DNA from: Phoronis australis
Taxonomy: Eukaryota; Animalia; Phoronida
DNA: 64,000 bases
Direction: 5' to 3'
Assembly: GCA_002633005.1 (NCBI GenBank)
Contig: NMRA01000021.1
Span: forward strand, 968,298-1,032,297
Shown: positions 24,101-38,938 of the stretch, piece after piece
How the letters are laid out: each line of letters starts with the position of its first letter
Numbering within the stretch: the stretch's first letter is position 1
The notes under the pieces: generated by a model
Seen by the model: only the letters and a program-made list of their open reading frames with translations
What the model was told of the DNA's origin: nothing
Database searches by the model: none
Program-made: the position numbers and the translations under genes

Positions 24101-24798
24101 ACATTGTGTCAAATAATGAAAAATTTACCAAAAGGTTTTCAGTTACATCCACACAGCACCAACCATGGTAGTCATAGACAAAGCTCTTCTTAACCTTTAT
24201 TTTGCGGAGATATTTGTCAAAATGCAATAATACTTGTCGGCCATACTGTGTGCTAAATAAGTGTCCGCTCCATTGATGAAGTCTGCTGTTCTTTTGTGAT
24301 GAAAGCAATATTCATTTTTTGAAAATATACAGAATTCAGCATAATAAAATGTAAATTCATGTTTAGTTTTCGGTAGAGTTCCGCCATAATGGCCATCGAA
24401 ATAAATGGCACTGTACTTCGCATTTAATAAACTTATGAAACTGAAAGTAAAATACATCCGAACACTGTGACAGATGCTGCTTTTAACTGATGCAATGGAT
24501 GAACTTGTTTTATCAGATGAAGCCGAAGAACTAAGTGCAGTAAATTCTGAGCGGTTTGTTTGTAAAGTTTATTCTCATTTATCGTGGCAAGACAGACAAC
24601 GATCTTAAATCAAGTTTGGTTTGCTGGCGACAAGCTTTCAAAACACTTTAAGACGACTAGATGTTTTTGAATTGTTTTTAAGTCATGGTTGTTTTTCTTG
24701 GAAACAATTTACTCATCGTAGAGTTGCTATGGATCGTATTTTTTGCTGTACATGAAACCAAAAGCTTTTTTCACTAACATACTGCTAATCACTGCTGC

Positions 24799-24872
24799 GT
24801 ATGGACTACTTTCACTAGTATGGACTACTTTCACTAGTATGGACTACTTTCACTAGTATGGACTACTTTCAC
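24799..24872. repeat. 19-bp tandem repeat GTATGGACTACTTTCACTA, about 4 copies
   Basis: Perfect tandem copies. Confidence 0.95.
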
Positions 24873-27800
24873 GATGGATCATGCATTTCTTACAAAGCTG
24901 ACACGGACACGCTGAGTTGCTTAAACCTTAAATTCTAATACACATGTAATATTCCTTGGTAACACTCACACAGAAAGTGGAATGTTGGACATAGGCCTAC
25001 ATGTACATGTAATTCAAGTGGCGAGTTGTTGTTTGTTGAATGGATAACCGCAAGGATCTTTTCTGAATATCCCCAATATTTTCAAAGCGACGAAACACCG
25101 AGAATGCGTGACATCTTTGTGCGTGATGAGGACTAGCGAATACTTCAGCCCACCTAGACACGACCAGTGACATTTGGTTTTACCACCTCCCTCGGTTTGT
25201 TTTTAAATAACCTAAATAGTCGTCACCGACTGCTGAGGGAAGGCGAATGTTTTTGTTTTGCAATTTGCCAGTGATGACGCGATGTTTCAACTTTGTGGCA
25301 AGAAGAGGGCTATTGAACCAATTAAACCATGAACCGTTAAACCTTGAAATTAATCGTCTGTAAACGGTATGCAGGAATTCACGTAGATAGTTATATAATG
25401 TGTGTCATTGCCAAGGGACGTCTCCAACTTTGTGTCACGGCCCTCACCGTTGTTCACTAAAGCAAACATTCACCGAGTGTTATGGAACAATGAATTTTAA
25501 ACTGCGGGGGTTTCTGCTCACCACTTATGCAGATCATCGCATTTGCATATCGAACGCTCTGCGATGTTGTGACAAAAGCCTTTGTTTGTCTATGTTTCCC
25601 TAAACGATTTTTAACATATTTTCAAACGTCAATCACAGCCCATTATTTAGGTTAAAGGCAGCTGTCACTGAGCGATGTAATCTAAAAGATCCTGTTTTTC
25701 CAAGTTCGTGCTGTGGTTTTGTGGTGGTCATTTTGTGAGGTCTGGGGTTTCCAAAGGATGCTAAAAGTTCATGACGCAATTTGCTGCACTGAAAACTATC
25801 CACATAAATGTCAATTAATGTGAGCTGATGGGCGCGTCTCAAATGTGACGAGACGATTCTCTGATAATGAACAAAAAATCCGGTGATCGAGTTTACCTTG
25901 AAGTGCACCCAATTACAATGGACGAACTGGCGGGCTTTTTAAATATATGTCCCCAGAAATGCACGCTTGTTCATTTTAGCTGCTGGTAGGGCCTTTAGGT
26001 CAATTGAATCACAAAATTCACAAATTTGTCAATAACCAACATGAGTGACCGGTCTCAAACTGATGTAGTCAGGGAATCGCATTTCCTAATTGCTGCAAGT
26101 TAGCGATATCTAGTCGGACTGACTGGAAAGTAGCTTTCGTAAGTAAATTCTTTCCCAGAGGGCACTACACAAATGTCATTTGGGGGGTCAGCGTAAAGAA
26201 CTGTATCAGAGGTACGCTAGGGTGGATCAAATTCGACAATGAAGACAAAAGTTTTCAAAAGTATACTCTTGCTTCACTTTATCACAATAGAACACAGCAT
26301 AAGCGTTACGAATCGAACGATTTCCTGACTACTAACTTGGTTATTGCTATGAGATTTCTAATTTTCTAAATGTTAGGTTAGGGCAGAAGTTCGATATCAT
26401 TCACAACGGCGGCCATTTTAGAGTGTAGCAATCTAAATTTAAAAATCGGTCAAAATTCATATTATTTTCGATGCATGTTTGAAGATAAATTGGTGACACG
26501 TTACAAGAGGGACAATTCGGTGGCAAAATTTGACTAAATTGGTATCGTTAAACTTCGTTGTTTGAGGCTTTAACTAAAGTTAAGCGTCCGGAATATATTT
26601 AACACTTGTGCTAGTTACGTATACACGCACTTCTGTTTTAACATTTTGATGATTCAGCAGAATAATCGTCAAATAAAATTTAAGCCAATAACTTTATTGA
26701 GTTTATTTCAAAGGTGTTCGAAATGATTCGATGAATACCATATGACCGTAAGTTAGTCTGTGATTCCGTGAACTCCTCCCAGCTGCAGGGATAGGGAGAA
26801 GGCAGTTTGAACAGACACAGTTTCTGTAATAAACGATCCATTTGAGTCTCGTCTATAGACTAAATGTAGACATCAAGGCTGTCTACAGACGCGTTCCGCG
26901 AATATTCATCGCCTACATTTTGTTCAAGGTCATAACTAGACCACAGGTGTTCTAAGGTAACATCAAACAATTCGAAGCGGTTGCGCGTCCGGGGATTGTA
27001 CAGTGTTCAGACGCTATTAATCAGATGGCTGATCGGACGTCTGATCCGTCGCATGTAAAAGTTCAAATGTGAATGGTTGTCAGACGTCTGATCTACCTCC
27101 TTATCATTCAAAACCAAATCAGGCGGTACCTAGATCTGTTTTCTTACCTTCGGAAGACACTTTGCACGTGTACATTCTCATGTTGTGACTCTCGGATAAC
27201 CCCTTTCCCGACGGTGATCGCACGTGATTGGTCAGAATATAAGCACGTACCTTGCACATTTAAATATTGTTTAATTCTTGAAAAACGTCGAATAGGATAC
27301 ATATTTGAACATTTTACGTCGAGCGGCGACCTATCTCCGGATCAGACTTCTCATCTGCTTGATCACTTCCGGGTTTCTAATCCCGGTACTCGAAACTTGA
27401 TTGGAAAATTGTATAATTGCATGACCTCCTTGGACTAAATTAGCTGTACTCTAATCATGCTTCGACTCCAAACGTGAGTCGAGTCTTAGTGCGGAGGTTA
27501 GACCCCGGACCCTGAACGTTAAGGATCAGGCAACTGTAAAATGCACAAAATTTTGCACGGAAATTTGTCGATTAAATCAGTTTTTGGCCACAATAAGATT
27601 AAAAAGCGGACGATCGCCGCACAAATAAAAAAGATCATGTTCAATTCAACGTTTCGTCTTTTCATTAGACATCATCAGGATCATATTTACAACAATTTAG
27701 GACAACAAGTGCCAACATACAGCTCAGGTAACATCCATAGAGTGAAGTGAGAGACACATAGAATATAGTCGAGTCTCGCTCATCCGTCAAAAAGCAAAAC

Positions 27801-28249
27801 TTGATTGGCTTAGACTTCACTGTAATCGAAAACCCCTGAGCAAGATATTCGTGGGGGAAGTCTCTTTAGGTGTGTTTCCAATTAAAATCTCGTTAGTGAC
27901 ATGCGGAAACACGTGATAGACGAATACGCGCACTCGTGTAATTCAAAGAACCAACAATTTTCGTTTATAATGGCGATAACAGCTTTTGTTCAGATCTGTG
28001 TAATGTCGCCAATCCAAAATTGCAATTTACATAACATCTTCTTTGGTTTTTGGAAAGTCGAGCTCATAATTGTGGCGTGTGTATGGTTCTTAAAATGAAA
28101 TGACGAAACGGCGTAACTCAGGTGCAAACAATTAAGCGCTGCCTAAAACTTCTGGTCAACGTGACTATCGGTGACTGTCGTCAAATCAAATTTTTGCATA
28201 TATTTTGACGACTCGTTTCAATCGTGTTTACACCAGACCAGTTGCAGGG

Positions 28250-28302
28250 AAATATCCACACAGTAAGTATCCACACAGTAAATATCCACACAGTAAATAT
28301 CC
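28250..28302. repeat. 15-bp tandem repeat (AAATATCCACACAGT), about 3.5 copies
   Basis: Directly visible. Confidence 0.85.
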
Positions 28303-29225
28303 CATAGGAAAGCGTATGCACGAAATGGTGTCTCGGAGCATTTACGACAAACAATTGCGTTGAGTTTGATTTCCATCAGTTGAGTTACAAGGAATAACAT
28401 AAAAGTATGAACTTTTGTTAACTCGAATGTGTAGTTGTTTGAGATCCATCTTCCGAAACATTGTTGGAGATCAGAAAGTACGTAAAATTTCGTGAGACAG
28501 ACTCTAGACTTGTCATGTCCGTACGAATGATGATAATAATAAAGTTTCAAACATCCCTTTCGTGTACTACATGTACATGTACTTAAAACATTTAATCTCT
28601 TGTTTAATCACTATCTTTTTGTTACCACTATCTTACGAGAGAATAAATGTGGGCTTGAGAACCGGACCGGGGCAAAACAAACGTGAAATATCGTGAAAAT
28701 CAGTTTTGAGCTATTTGAATGGCACTGAAATACACAAAACAAAGACCAGAAAATAGACGGAAGACAGCCGTCCCTATGGGATAAATCACAACCGGTGAAT
28801 TTTATTAAACAGCAATTAGTTACATAACTGCACGCGTGCATACATTGGATTAGTTAGCTAAACAAACAAATGCAACTCTAGAATTGCACTTTATTACACC
28901 GCGCATGATTTAGACATCAAAATCGTCATCGCCAACGCAGCCTCAAGTTTTGATTACTTCCCATGATGCCAAAGACAAGTGAACCGCTCAGGCAGTCTCT
29001 GATTCATTCTGAAACCTTGAGAATGCAACTCGAGAATCGAACAGGGGTCAAGGCAATCATTGACCTTCTACTAACATCAGAGTAAGTGTATATACAGAAT
29101 TGCAATGCAGGGTTTAAAGGGGGTGTTTATTTTAAACTCGTTTTACGAGGGATTTGGATAATGCAAGTCGTCAAAGAACTGGGAATTTTATTCCTAGCGT
29201 TCAATTTTTGGTAAAGACTGTCTGT

Positions 29226-29373
29226 CATAGGCGGCGCACCATAGGGGCTGTGGGGAGGCTATAGCCCCACTTTTTCAGTGCTCCTGCGCTCATGGTCCAT
29301 GGGCGGTGTACCACGGGGAGGGGGAGGGTTGGGGGCTACAGCCCCCACTTTTTTCAGGGCTGCGCCGCCCATG
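29226..29373. mobile_element. CATGGGCGG mini-MITE dimer
   Basis: Two tandem units (29226-29294 and 29298-29373) sharing the core ggcta.agccccactttttcag; no clear TSD. Confidence 0.75.
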
Positions 29374-31980
29374 TGTACAGTGTATGGGTGACTAAAACGG
29401 ACCACTGGCGTTTAAGTCACTTTGGTATAGAGTTAAGTGCGTCAAAATTACAAATGAAAATTAAACTGCGGGACAAAAAGGTGCGCTTGCCTTGGAAATA
29501 TGCTAAAAACAAATAAGGGTCAAACTAAACTAATGTGTCAGCGAATGACAAAAATTTCAACTTCAAAGTGAGGTATTAACTAAATGTACATTCTCACAAG
29601 CGACAGATCTACCGTTAGCATTCCTACTGTTATTCACTGAGCCTTCGGACACTAGGCAACTACTTAGTGGTACGAGCTTGAACAAATATTGTCTTCCCTA
29701 CCTGGTACAATTTACTAACGGAAGCAACTGTCAAAAATTACGATCCTGTTAAAAACCTTGATCAGCAAATCAGAAAATAGCGTTGATTGAATTTGACATC
29801 TAAGCAATTAAGGAAGAATGAACTTACCTTTTCCCCTAAAGTTTAACGCCGGGCTTCATAACATACATATGCTGTAGTACCGCCACCACTTCTCAACTTG
29901 ATTTAAAGGAGGTACCCTTGCTAAGTGTATATAAGATTTTTTAAGTAGAAGGACTGGTTAGACACCGGTTCAATGCTCCCTTTTCTCTACCGTGACTTTA
30001 ACTTGTTATAGGCGAAAGCGTAAATCTGCCGCACATTATGAGAATTAAGTAATTGTTATTGGCGTTCTGGTGGATATCACGTGAAATCGTCTTCTTATTG
30101 GCTCAGAAAACGAAACAAGAAGTGAAAATCCTGCAATGCAGCACCGCGTGCTCTGTATACAGTGTACGTCATCACTTTCAGAGTACCAGTGCGACAAAAT
30201 ATCCCCAATGCAAGCTTCTAAGTTCTAACACAGTAAGGTCAAAGATTTTATAGTATCTTTGGTAAGGTGTCAGTCTGCCAAGCGCAACTTTTTGGGGTTT
30301 TGATGAGTCATAAACAAGTGAGCTTCACATTAACAGAGCGAGAATTTTTTTAAGAAGTGGGAAAATTTGTCAGGGAGTGCGTGGTTCTGCGGGCTAGCTC
30401 TTAATCGACAATCCTTAAACACTGCGGGTTGAATGGTGTGCTACATACTCGCGTACAATATAATATTGCTGAGAGGACAGTTTTCATATAATTACCAAAC
30501 CTTCAATATACCAGTTGTTATTGGTTCCCTTTCTTTGCTGAATATACATAGGCAGAACCGTGTTCACACTGGAATTCCCTCCTGCTGGTAATCGGTCTTT
30601 GGTAGAATACGTTTTGGTAGAACATATCGCTTCAGCGATGTTGTAGGAGAGTCAAGTAAGGCTACTTGTTTTTGTGTCTTGAAACCAGACATAGCAGGCT
30701 GTCATATTTGTTGATGCGTGAGAAATCATATCTTATCCGAGTAAGGGGTGAAATTGAAACCAACCGAGTAAGCAATCTGAATAAAAAGGCAATTTTCTTT
30801 GAAGGTGGGTTTTCAGGTAACATGTAACCAGTAGCATATTTAACCAAGTTTTGGAGGCTAAAATATGGCTTTCGGTTTTCTTTTGTGCATCACCTTAAAC
30901 ATTATAAGATGTTTGTTTACCAGGTGAAGTGCCGGTGCCAAACACCGGGTGGAGTTCCACGCCAAGTCAGTTGGCACAAGCGATGATTAATAAGACGGTT
31001 GCCATGGTGCCGTGAGAACAAGGTCACGTGCAGTCAAAATACCTGACCGATGTTGATGCATACAGGCATGTCATGTACTGAAACTCGAAACATGACTAAA
31101 ACCGCATGTGAGTAAAGATTACTCATAGACGCAAGTTGCCAGTTGACACATAGGTAATCATTCGAGAAAAAAATCTGCTCACACGTCTACAAAATTCGTT
31201 CAATTTGTCCCAAACAACCGCACAGCAGGTGTTTTATTAGCGCATCATGTACAGTTTGAAAATTGTAGAATACGTACATGTACACTGGTAGTCGGACGTT
31301 ATTTGAGTCCTACATTTACTCGTAAGGTCATAAAATTAAAAAAGTCAGCCAATCGACTTTTGCAAGGTTTGTGGAAAATTGATCATCATCTGACTATCAC
31401 TTGGAAACAGTGTGAAAGGCGCCGAACTCAAAATCTCCTGAGTGGAAACGGATGGATTACTACACCACATTTATCGTTATTATTATTATGATCATTATCA
31501 TTCATTATCATTATTTTTTATATTTTTATTACCACTGTTGCTATCGATATCGCTATCGGTATTGTTATTATTATGGTTGTTGTTGGATGAGCACGTGAGG
31601 TAGTCCCATACCCGTGATTGTTTTTATGCGAACACTGTTAACACTTCGCTGAAGATGACCTGAGAAATGACCGGCAGAAACGCCGTGCCAGTGTAAACAC
31701 ACATAGTCGTGGCTAGAGGTTGGTGGGTAAATAGACTAATAACTTTTGGAAATGACATTACTACATCACGACGTCAAAATGACTTTAGGAAGTCGGTCTC
31801 ATCATTGTTTTACTTCGTATTATCGTAGTTATTGCCTATTCTCCGCTATCCTGCAACTTAACGCGTTTATCCAGAGCAATTGCATTCTGCAATATGCAAG
31901 CACACATCTGTTTGGAAACTATAAAAGCCATCGTCACTACGAGTTACATTAGAACAGGTTACGAATCGTCGATTGTAGAA

Positions 31981-32045
31981 CATGGGCGGCGCAGCACTGA
32001 AATAAGTGGGAGGCTATACCCCCCCCCCCCCAGCCCTCGCCCGGT
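31981..32045. mobile_element. Truncated CATGGGCGG mini-MITE
   Basis: catgggcggcgcagcactgaaataagtgggaggctata followed by poly-C; right TIR lost. Confidence 0.65.
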
Positions 32046-34478
32046 TGTACTGAGGCAACTTGACACGTGTGACAACTTACTCCACCTTATTGAGGTTCAC
32101 GTTATTGTTCCGGGGCAAATTAATTGACGCGGCGCATTTCCTAGTGTGGACACAAATCTCAGAGCAAGCAAGGTGTAAGTACTTTCTGTGCGCTTGCTCA
32201 GTTACACTCAAGCTAGAGTGCCATTTAGCGCAATGTATATTTAATATTACACAGTGTAGGATATGTAGCGTGGGCAATCGGCCGAAGGGGGACAGATTTC
32301 TTTAGAGCAATTGCTCTAAAACAAGTTCAGTAACTCACAGAGTGGACAGGTCACTATTGTCGGACAAGGCAAATGGGCAATATTTTTGCTACTGAGATTA
32401 ATGAATACAAGTGCGACATGATGGGCAAAGCATTTACATCTTGGTTAATTATTTAGCATTATGTGAGGACACGGACAAGTCTCCGAGTTTGATTAACTTA
32501 GACCGGAACCTTCATCATCCGATATTGATTCAAATTAAACTTTCATATTCAACGCTTGATGCGCTGCTCTCAAAATATGATTCTACATGTTCCACTTTTG
32601 TATGAAGGGCTATTAGTTAAAGATAATAGTGTTGTAATTTTATGTAACAAATCAATAAAACAAAACGAAAAGTATTTTAGACAATGTTTTACATCGTTTC
32701 GTGAGATTTCATCTGAAACAGTTTAAATAAAGTGAAATATTAGTGGTACCGTTTTTTTTGCTGTGAATATGCTTTTCTTATTATTTTGCTTACGTTCGCT
32801 GAAAGTCCATGCTCACGTGACCTATTTAATGGCAGATTGGTATAAAATTTGAAGACTCTCTACTTTCATAAGACATATACTTTTACGGAGCTAATTTCTA
32901 TACTTTCCTAAAATTTTGGCTAAATGTACAAACTTCAGCATTCAAGCCATTTCGCCTTTCACCCGCGTGATTTCGCTTCTTGCTCTACGAAACGCACCCC
33001 AGTTTCGCAATCTCATGTCGTTTACCTTTACCTGTTATTAAAAAACACAGAAGTACCTGAAATTTGTTTCTTTTTTGTACGAAAACTAACAGTTTCGAAA
33101 TTAATGGATCTTTTGATTCCGCGTTATTTGTAACAGTAGAAAAGGCAGGGAGGGTGGTAACCGTAAGACTATTGCGAGTGGGAGTTAAACCATTTGGCCT
33201 CAGGTTCCGGAAATGTCATAAATAAAACGGCACTGCGGTATAAACAAGGCTATTTTTCAATTAACGGAATTAATCTGTTTACGAATGCCTCGGTCACTTA
33301 TTTCTCTGATTACTAATTCGGGACTTAAATTTCTTGCTGACGTTCAGATTTCAGCTACTGTGCCTTATCAGTACACGGCCGCATGCAAAGGTGCATTTTT
33401 GAAATTCTCCTGTATTTGAAACTCTCATCCAGAATCAGATGGGTTCTAAGCAAATGACAATATATATTCCGGGAGTTATCAATTTGTTCTGTGGTTTTAA
33501 TTGTGTTGGCCGCCTCCCAAAAAAATGTGAAATCTGCTGCTTGGAAATTCTTCGCATCCGTTTACAATTTTCGATATCACTTACTTTACCGAAGAAGCCT
33601 TTCACTGCAGAGTGAATATTTGCTAACAAGCTAAGCCATCGATGACTTTATCAGAAACGCGCATATACAGTTTATGCCCGATGATCTTGATCTGAATATT
33701 CGTATGATTCACTTTTTGATATTTTGTTCCCAGCAACAGGAAGCGGGAATGTGGTAGGTACTTAACACGTGACTGAGGTTGCATGCATAAATTATGCTAA
33801 ACAATTTAGGGGGAAAAGTTTGTTTATTAGTAATAGTTACATGTATACATGCCTACCAGCTTAGATGATGTAAATTCAAAGGGCATCTTGGACGTTTGTT
33901 TCATTTTGGATACAACAAGTTTGAATTTAACACACAAATCAAAATGCAGAAGCTCGAATTGGAACTGCTTACGAGGACAATGATATCTCATCAAGCATAG
34001 GCCTACAGTACCATTTAGCCAAATGTCTAACCCAACATAATTTCTTGTTTCTGGACCAGGTTGCATAAATGTATGCAAAGGTGTTCTTTACATGGACATT
34101 CAAAAGAGGTCTTCTTATATCGATTCTGATGACGAAGGATAGTTTTTACTGTTTACATCGGTTAGGTTGACAATTTTTCTAAAACGATATTCTCCACAAC
34201 CGAATATCGCCTTCCGTTAATCGAGGTTATGAACTCATGCTTGACGTTTCGCACCTGATTCAATCCATCATCAATGGAGATCAAAAACAAGACAGCGTAA
34301 CCTGTGTGGAACCGTGCGAGTATTCAGTCAAAGGGGGTGAACGCCTCAAAAAGTACAGATGTTTATCAGACGAACACCATGGATATGGAATTTATATATA
34401 TACATGTATTTATATAAAAGATGGGGATAAATTATGATCAACCAAAATTTCCTGTGTAGTGTTATATGGACTTGATGA

Positions 34479-34558
34479 CATGGGTGGCTCAGCACTGAAA
34501 AAAGTGGGGGCTANNNNCCCCCCCCCCCCCCCCCAACCCCTATGTTGCGCCGCCCATG
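34479..34558. mobile_element. CATGGGCGG mini-MITE (TSD GATGA/GATGG)
   Basis: Same family core; contains a 4-N gap next to the poly-C run. Confidence 0.75.
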
Positions 34559-36574
34559 GATGGGTTACCGAAGTTCTCTGAGATAAGCCACAGCGCGGAA
34601 TCAAACTTACAACCCTGCAGTCGTAGTCCAACACTTTGCTATCGGAACTAAAGTTCCTATACATTGTATGTACTAGTTAAATGACAGACTTTTTAAAGCG
34701 ACTTTAAAAATTGTTAAAGTCACGAGCCTTGATTTCAGTGAATGGCTGACTGACAACAGAGAGAATTAACGATTTGTAATAATTCACAAAACAACCATAC
34801 AGATATTGTTAATATTTCTAGTCAAAGCTAATGACTCGACAACAAGTCTAATGCACCTTTCAAGAAATTTTCGGAATCATTGCCGCGAACTGATCTCCAA
34901 GGTTCATTCATCGATGCCCAGTAGAAAATTGTTCAAATTGAATATCGGTTCCCAGACTGTTTTTAAAGTAGTAACGATAAGACTTGTAAGAGAAGGGGAA
35001 AGCTACATCAGCACTGACTTGAGAGTGCAAAGGTCACGTACCATATATTTCATATTTGTAGTTTGTTTTCTTCTACAGTATCATGGGAACAAAGTTGACC
35101 CCAGACTCAACTCCGCGATAACCTACTGTCCTGAAAAACACCTCGAAAGTGGCAGTGGTCGTACAAGATTGTGTAGTTCTGATGATCCAGATGAATTACG
35201 TTGGAACTTGAATTAGAAAATTCTTTTATTCACTAAACGTTTCCAAATATAGAAAAAAGAAAATGATTGAATAAAATAATCCAGAAAATTTCTTGCATAG
35301 GTGTTTGCTCTTGTGATCTTAGCAACGGAATGTGTCAGTACAAATGTCACTAAGACTTCCCTTCTCGGCATGTTCACATGGTAATCTCATTACCCGGTAG
35401 TAGTCGTTGGAGGTCACCGCGGGTCACTACAGTAGATCTTCTTGCAAAAATGAAGTTGTACGAAATGGCACCGAGCTTTCCGCTAAAAACCAGCCGCATT
35501 GTAGATCGACAAAAAATTGCAGGCGGTCCGATGTCTGAAGTGCGTCGACGCGCGCAGGCCATATAGGTGGGGCCCGTTGCACGAAAGATCTGATTTGAAA
35601 CTCATGAGAATCTTCTTGTGGCTAATCTGAGAAAGCGGCAGAAGTTCACAGGCATGCAAAAGTCACATTCATCTGTTAATGACGTCTGGTACAAATCGAG
35701 CCAAGTTACTGTCCACTGATAGCACACAAAACCTCAACCGTTTCCGTTTGTCTGGTCATCCAGTGATTCTCCACCTGGGGCAAGTCTGTTCACCTTACTT
35801 TCACTTCTGACCATGACAGTTGGGTTCGTTTGGATTTGGGAGAATCAGTGCAGTATGTTTAAAAATGCAAAGCACTCAATCGCAGCCGTGTGTCAAGTTT
35901 AACATCGCAGGCCCACTCGCTTATAATTAACATAAAATATAAGCCCGGAAGTCAAAATTTCAGTGTTGCGATGAGAAACGTGAATGTACCCTTTAAAGAC
36001 ACTGTTTCATTTTTGTTAAAAATTTCATGAAACGGTTCTTTATTCAAACCATTTTATTTGGAGCCTGAGCCCGAGAATGCTCTTTCCACTTGACATTGAT
36101 ATTTTTTCAAAACCCACTGATTTTAAAACAGATATTTTAGCTTAATTGTTCTGTTTGGTGTGGTGCACCGTGAAAAGGTGGATGGTGAAGTGGGTGTCAA
36201 TCGAAACTCAAGTGTTGCTGAGGTCCTGCGCTTGAATTTGGAATTTCCATTAATCTCAAGATCCCGTATAGGCCAACGTACATGTAAATTTGGAATATCC
36301 GAAAAAACGTGTTAATTTTCGCGATATCTTCAGTTTCGACTGGCAAAACTCATCGGTGTTATAAGTAGGTGAAAACAAAGGGAACACTTATATCTTTAGG
36401 GCCGATTCTTTGTATTCCTATCTGATCATGAAATACTGTGGAACATTTTCAACTGTGCTGCTAACATTCTTGTACAGATTCAGTGTACCGCACAACAAAA
36501 CAGTTATCGTATTCAATAAATCTTATAGGAGAAGCGCAGTACTCCAGTCATAAGAAAACTGAAGTTACTAGCTT

Positions 36575-36735
36575 CATTGGCGGATTTAGAGTTGGGCCAA
36601 GGGGGCCATGACCCACCTTAAAATTCTCTCAGATTACATTTGGCAGTTCGGGGGTGTGAATGTCTGACTTGTAAAATCCTGGCTAATACTCTGCCCTGCC
36701 CCCTCCCCTAACTCAAAATCCTGGATCCGCCCCTG
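36575..36735 (-). mobile_element. CAGGGGCGGATCC-type MITE, 5-bp TSD AGCTT
   Basis: CATTGGCGGATTT...GGATCCGCCCCTG with AGCTT on both flanks; reverse-complement homologue of 38752-38938 and 59205-59358. Confidence 0.8.
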
Positions 36736-38751
36736 AGCTTTGATCAGAGACATAAATCCGATGAGTACTTTTTATTCTATAACAAATCACCGTTGAGATT
36801 AACTAAAAAATGACAGACGTCTTTACCGAATGAAATATAACTCCGACAGTTAGACTGCGACCATGGAAATTCCAGATTTGATTCCTAGGTAGGGTCAATC
36901 ACAGAAGTCACTTGCCTCATCAACAATGCCCCTGTAATTTTCTTTCTATGCCCAACATCCATTTTTCAAGCAATCACCAGCTTCAAAACTAAAATCGCAT
37001 TACCTATATATTTTAACTTCATGCATAAAATTTATATCGAATGAGTTTACCCGCAGTTTATGACAAGTTTGTTCTAAGAAAACATCAATTAAAATATGTT
37101 TAGATTACTAAATGTACTGTTGGAATGAATAATTACAAAGTATCCTACCTTTTTCAGCTAATCTTAATTTTCCGTTGTGTTGATGGGAGATCCGTCAGCG
37201 TTTTAGGCTGTTGGTGGAGTGATATCCCAAAGACAGCTGTCTCGGAAAATCGCCGCGTTGTTGCAAATATAGAATGTCCAGTGAACGCTGAGAAAATGGA
37301 TTTTCACAAACACGCAGCGCCTCTGGCGGAACAGGCGTTCAACTCAAAAAGACGGAGAAGTGAACAGGTCAAAACAACATACAATTAGTTGATTCTGGTC
37401 AGTGTTTTCTTTTCAATATTATGTCGGTACGGTATTTTTGGTTGATCGCTATTTGAAAAAAATCCACCTGAGACGAGTCAATATGGTGCGGGGATGGCGT
37501 TTTTTTATTCAACGTTTGGAAAATCGTGGTATTTCAAACCTTGCTTACGTGCACGAAACCGTGGCTGAATTGTTGTGGCAGATCTCAAAATGAGTCGTGG
37601 TACAGACCGGAACCGACTATGTTTTTTGGCCTCATTTGGTGATAAGTAGTCTTTATTCAGGTCACAAGACGCTGTTTACAAATTATGAGGAACAACAAAA
37701 CTGCAGCAGACGATAAAAATGGAGAGTCTATAAAACTGTTGCTTTCGTCTGAAAGTCAGTTGAATTTCGTGACTTCGTCCTGTGCCACTTATATGCACGA
37801 CAAATGTTGCCCAGTTTAGATGTCGCATAAAGCGGTCTCAAAGGTCACCATAATCATACGAAAATAATTATTAACCTTATCTAACTGAAGCTTTACGCAG
37901 AATACAAAAACTAAGCAGTTCAAACTATGTCGTTTGAGATAACGCGGGGTCGCGCGTAGAACGGAAAGTCCCGTACTTCCGGAGTGAAGTGAAGAGGGGT
38001 TCTTGATTTTGGCAGCTTGTCAGTCTATGATTAATTGTAATACTGCATCAGTTGAATTCAGCTTAAATCTGAAAAAATAGAGAGTTTGCAACCACAAAAT
38101 TGCAGTTGTGTACTCAGTTTTGATATTATTTTTTATAATACTAGCTATCACTTTAATGCCATTGGCCCGTATTACAGTACACTCACAGTAAAAACATTTT
38201 GTACTTTACGAGAATTGACATTTTTGCGCTAGTTTTGAGCGTGCCTTTAAGGAATGTTTCCATTCCGAGAACAGTCCAGGGAAGATAGAACAGTCATAAG
38301 TAGACATTGAATCAGGAAGTCTTCCTGATTTGAATGTAGAATCTCTGTTTTTTTTATTATTACACAGCGCATTTGTTTTACTATGCGTAGCGTTCGGAAC
38401 AGATTAACACAACATTGTTGCAGTGGTTCTACGAGTGTAAATATCTGCTTAGCACTCTTCGGTCAGTGCGGGTGTGTTGGTCCAGGAACTTGCACGTATA
38501 ATCTGTTTTGCAATCATTTTGCTCAAGTGCTGCGCACAGAGGCGCAATTGCGCGACAGCTTCACTATTATGTACATAGGCGAGCGGGGTGCATATTACGT
38601 AGTACAGGAGCCTGTTTTGTACGTTTTTAATAAAATTTGTGTTTGCTGGCAGAGGACTTTGAGGAAACTATATTCCACAGAACTAGAAGTCATGGTTTTG
38701 TTCAATTGCACTTATACTGAAAATGAATTAATTAATTCCAGCGTTTATAAC

Positions 38752-38938
38752 CAGGGGCGGATCCAGGATTTTGAGTTACAGGGTGCCAGGGCAGAGTATT
38801 TGCTAGGATTTTGCGTCAGACTGTCTGACGGGCAAAATCCTAGCAAATACCCCCGAACTTCCAAATAGAATCTGGGAAAATTTTAGAGGGCATGGCCCTC
38901 TTGCCCCCACCCCCCCCTCCCCCTTAAATTCGCCACTG
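38752..38938 (+). mobile_element. CAGGGGCGGATCC-type MITE (TSD ATAAC/ACAAC)
   Basis: caggggcggatccaggattttgagtt...cagggcagagtatt...cccccgaact...cgccactg. Confidence 0.8.

Noticed and set aside
38383-38868. 161-aa plus-strand ORF
   Set aside because: No recognisable domain; it runs into a MITE at 38752, which points to a chance ORF.
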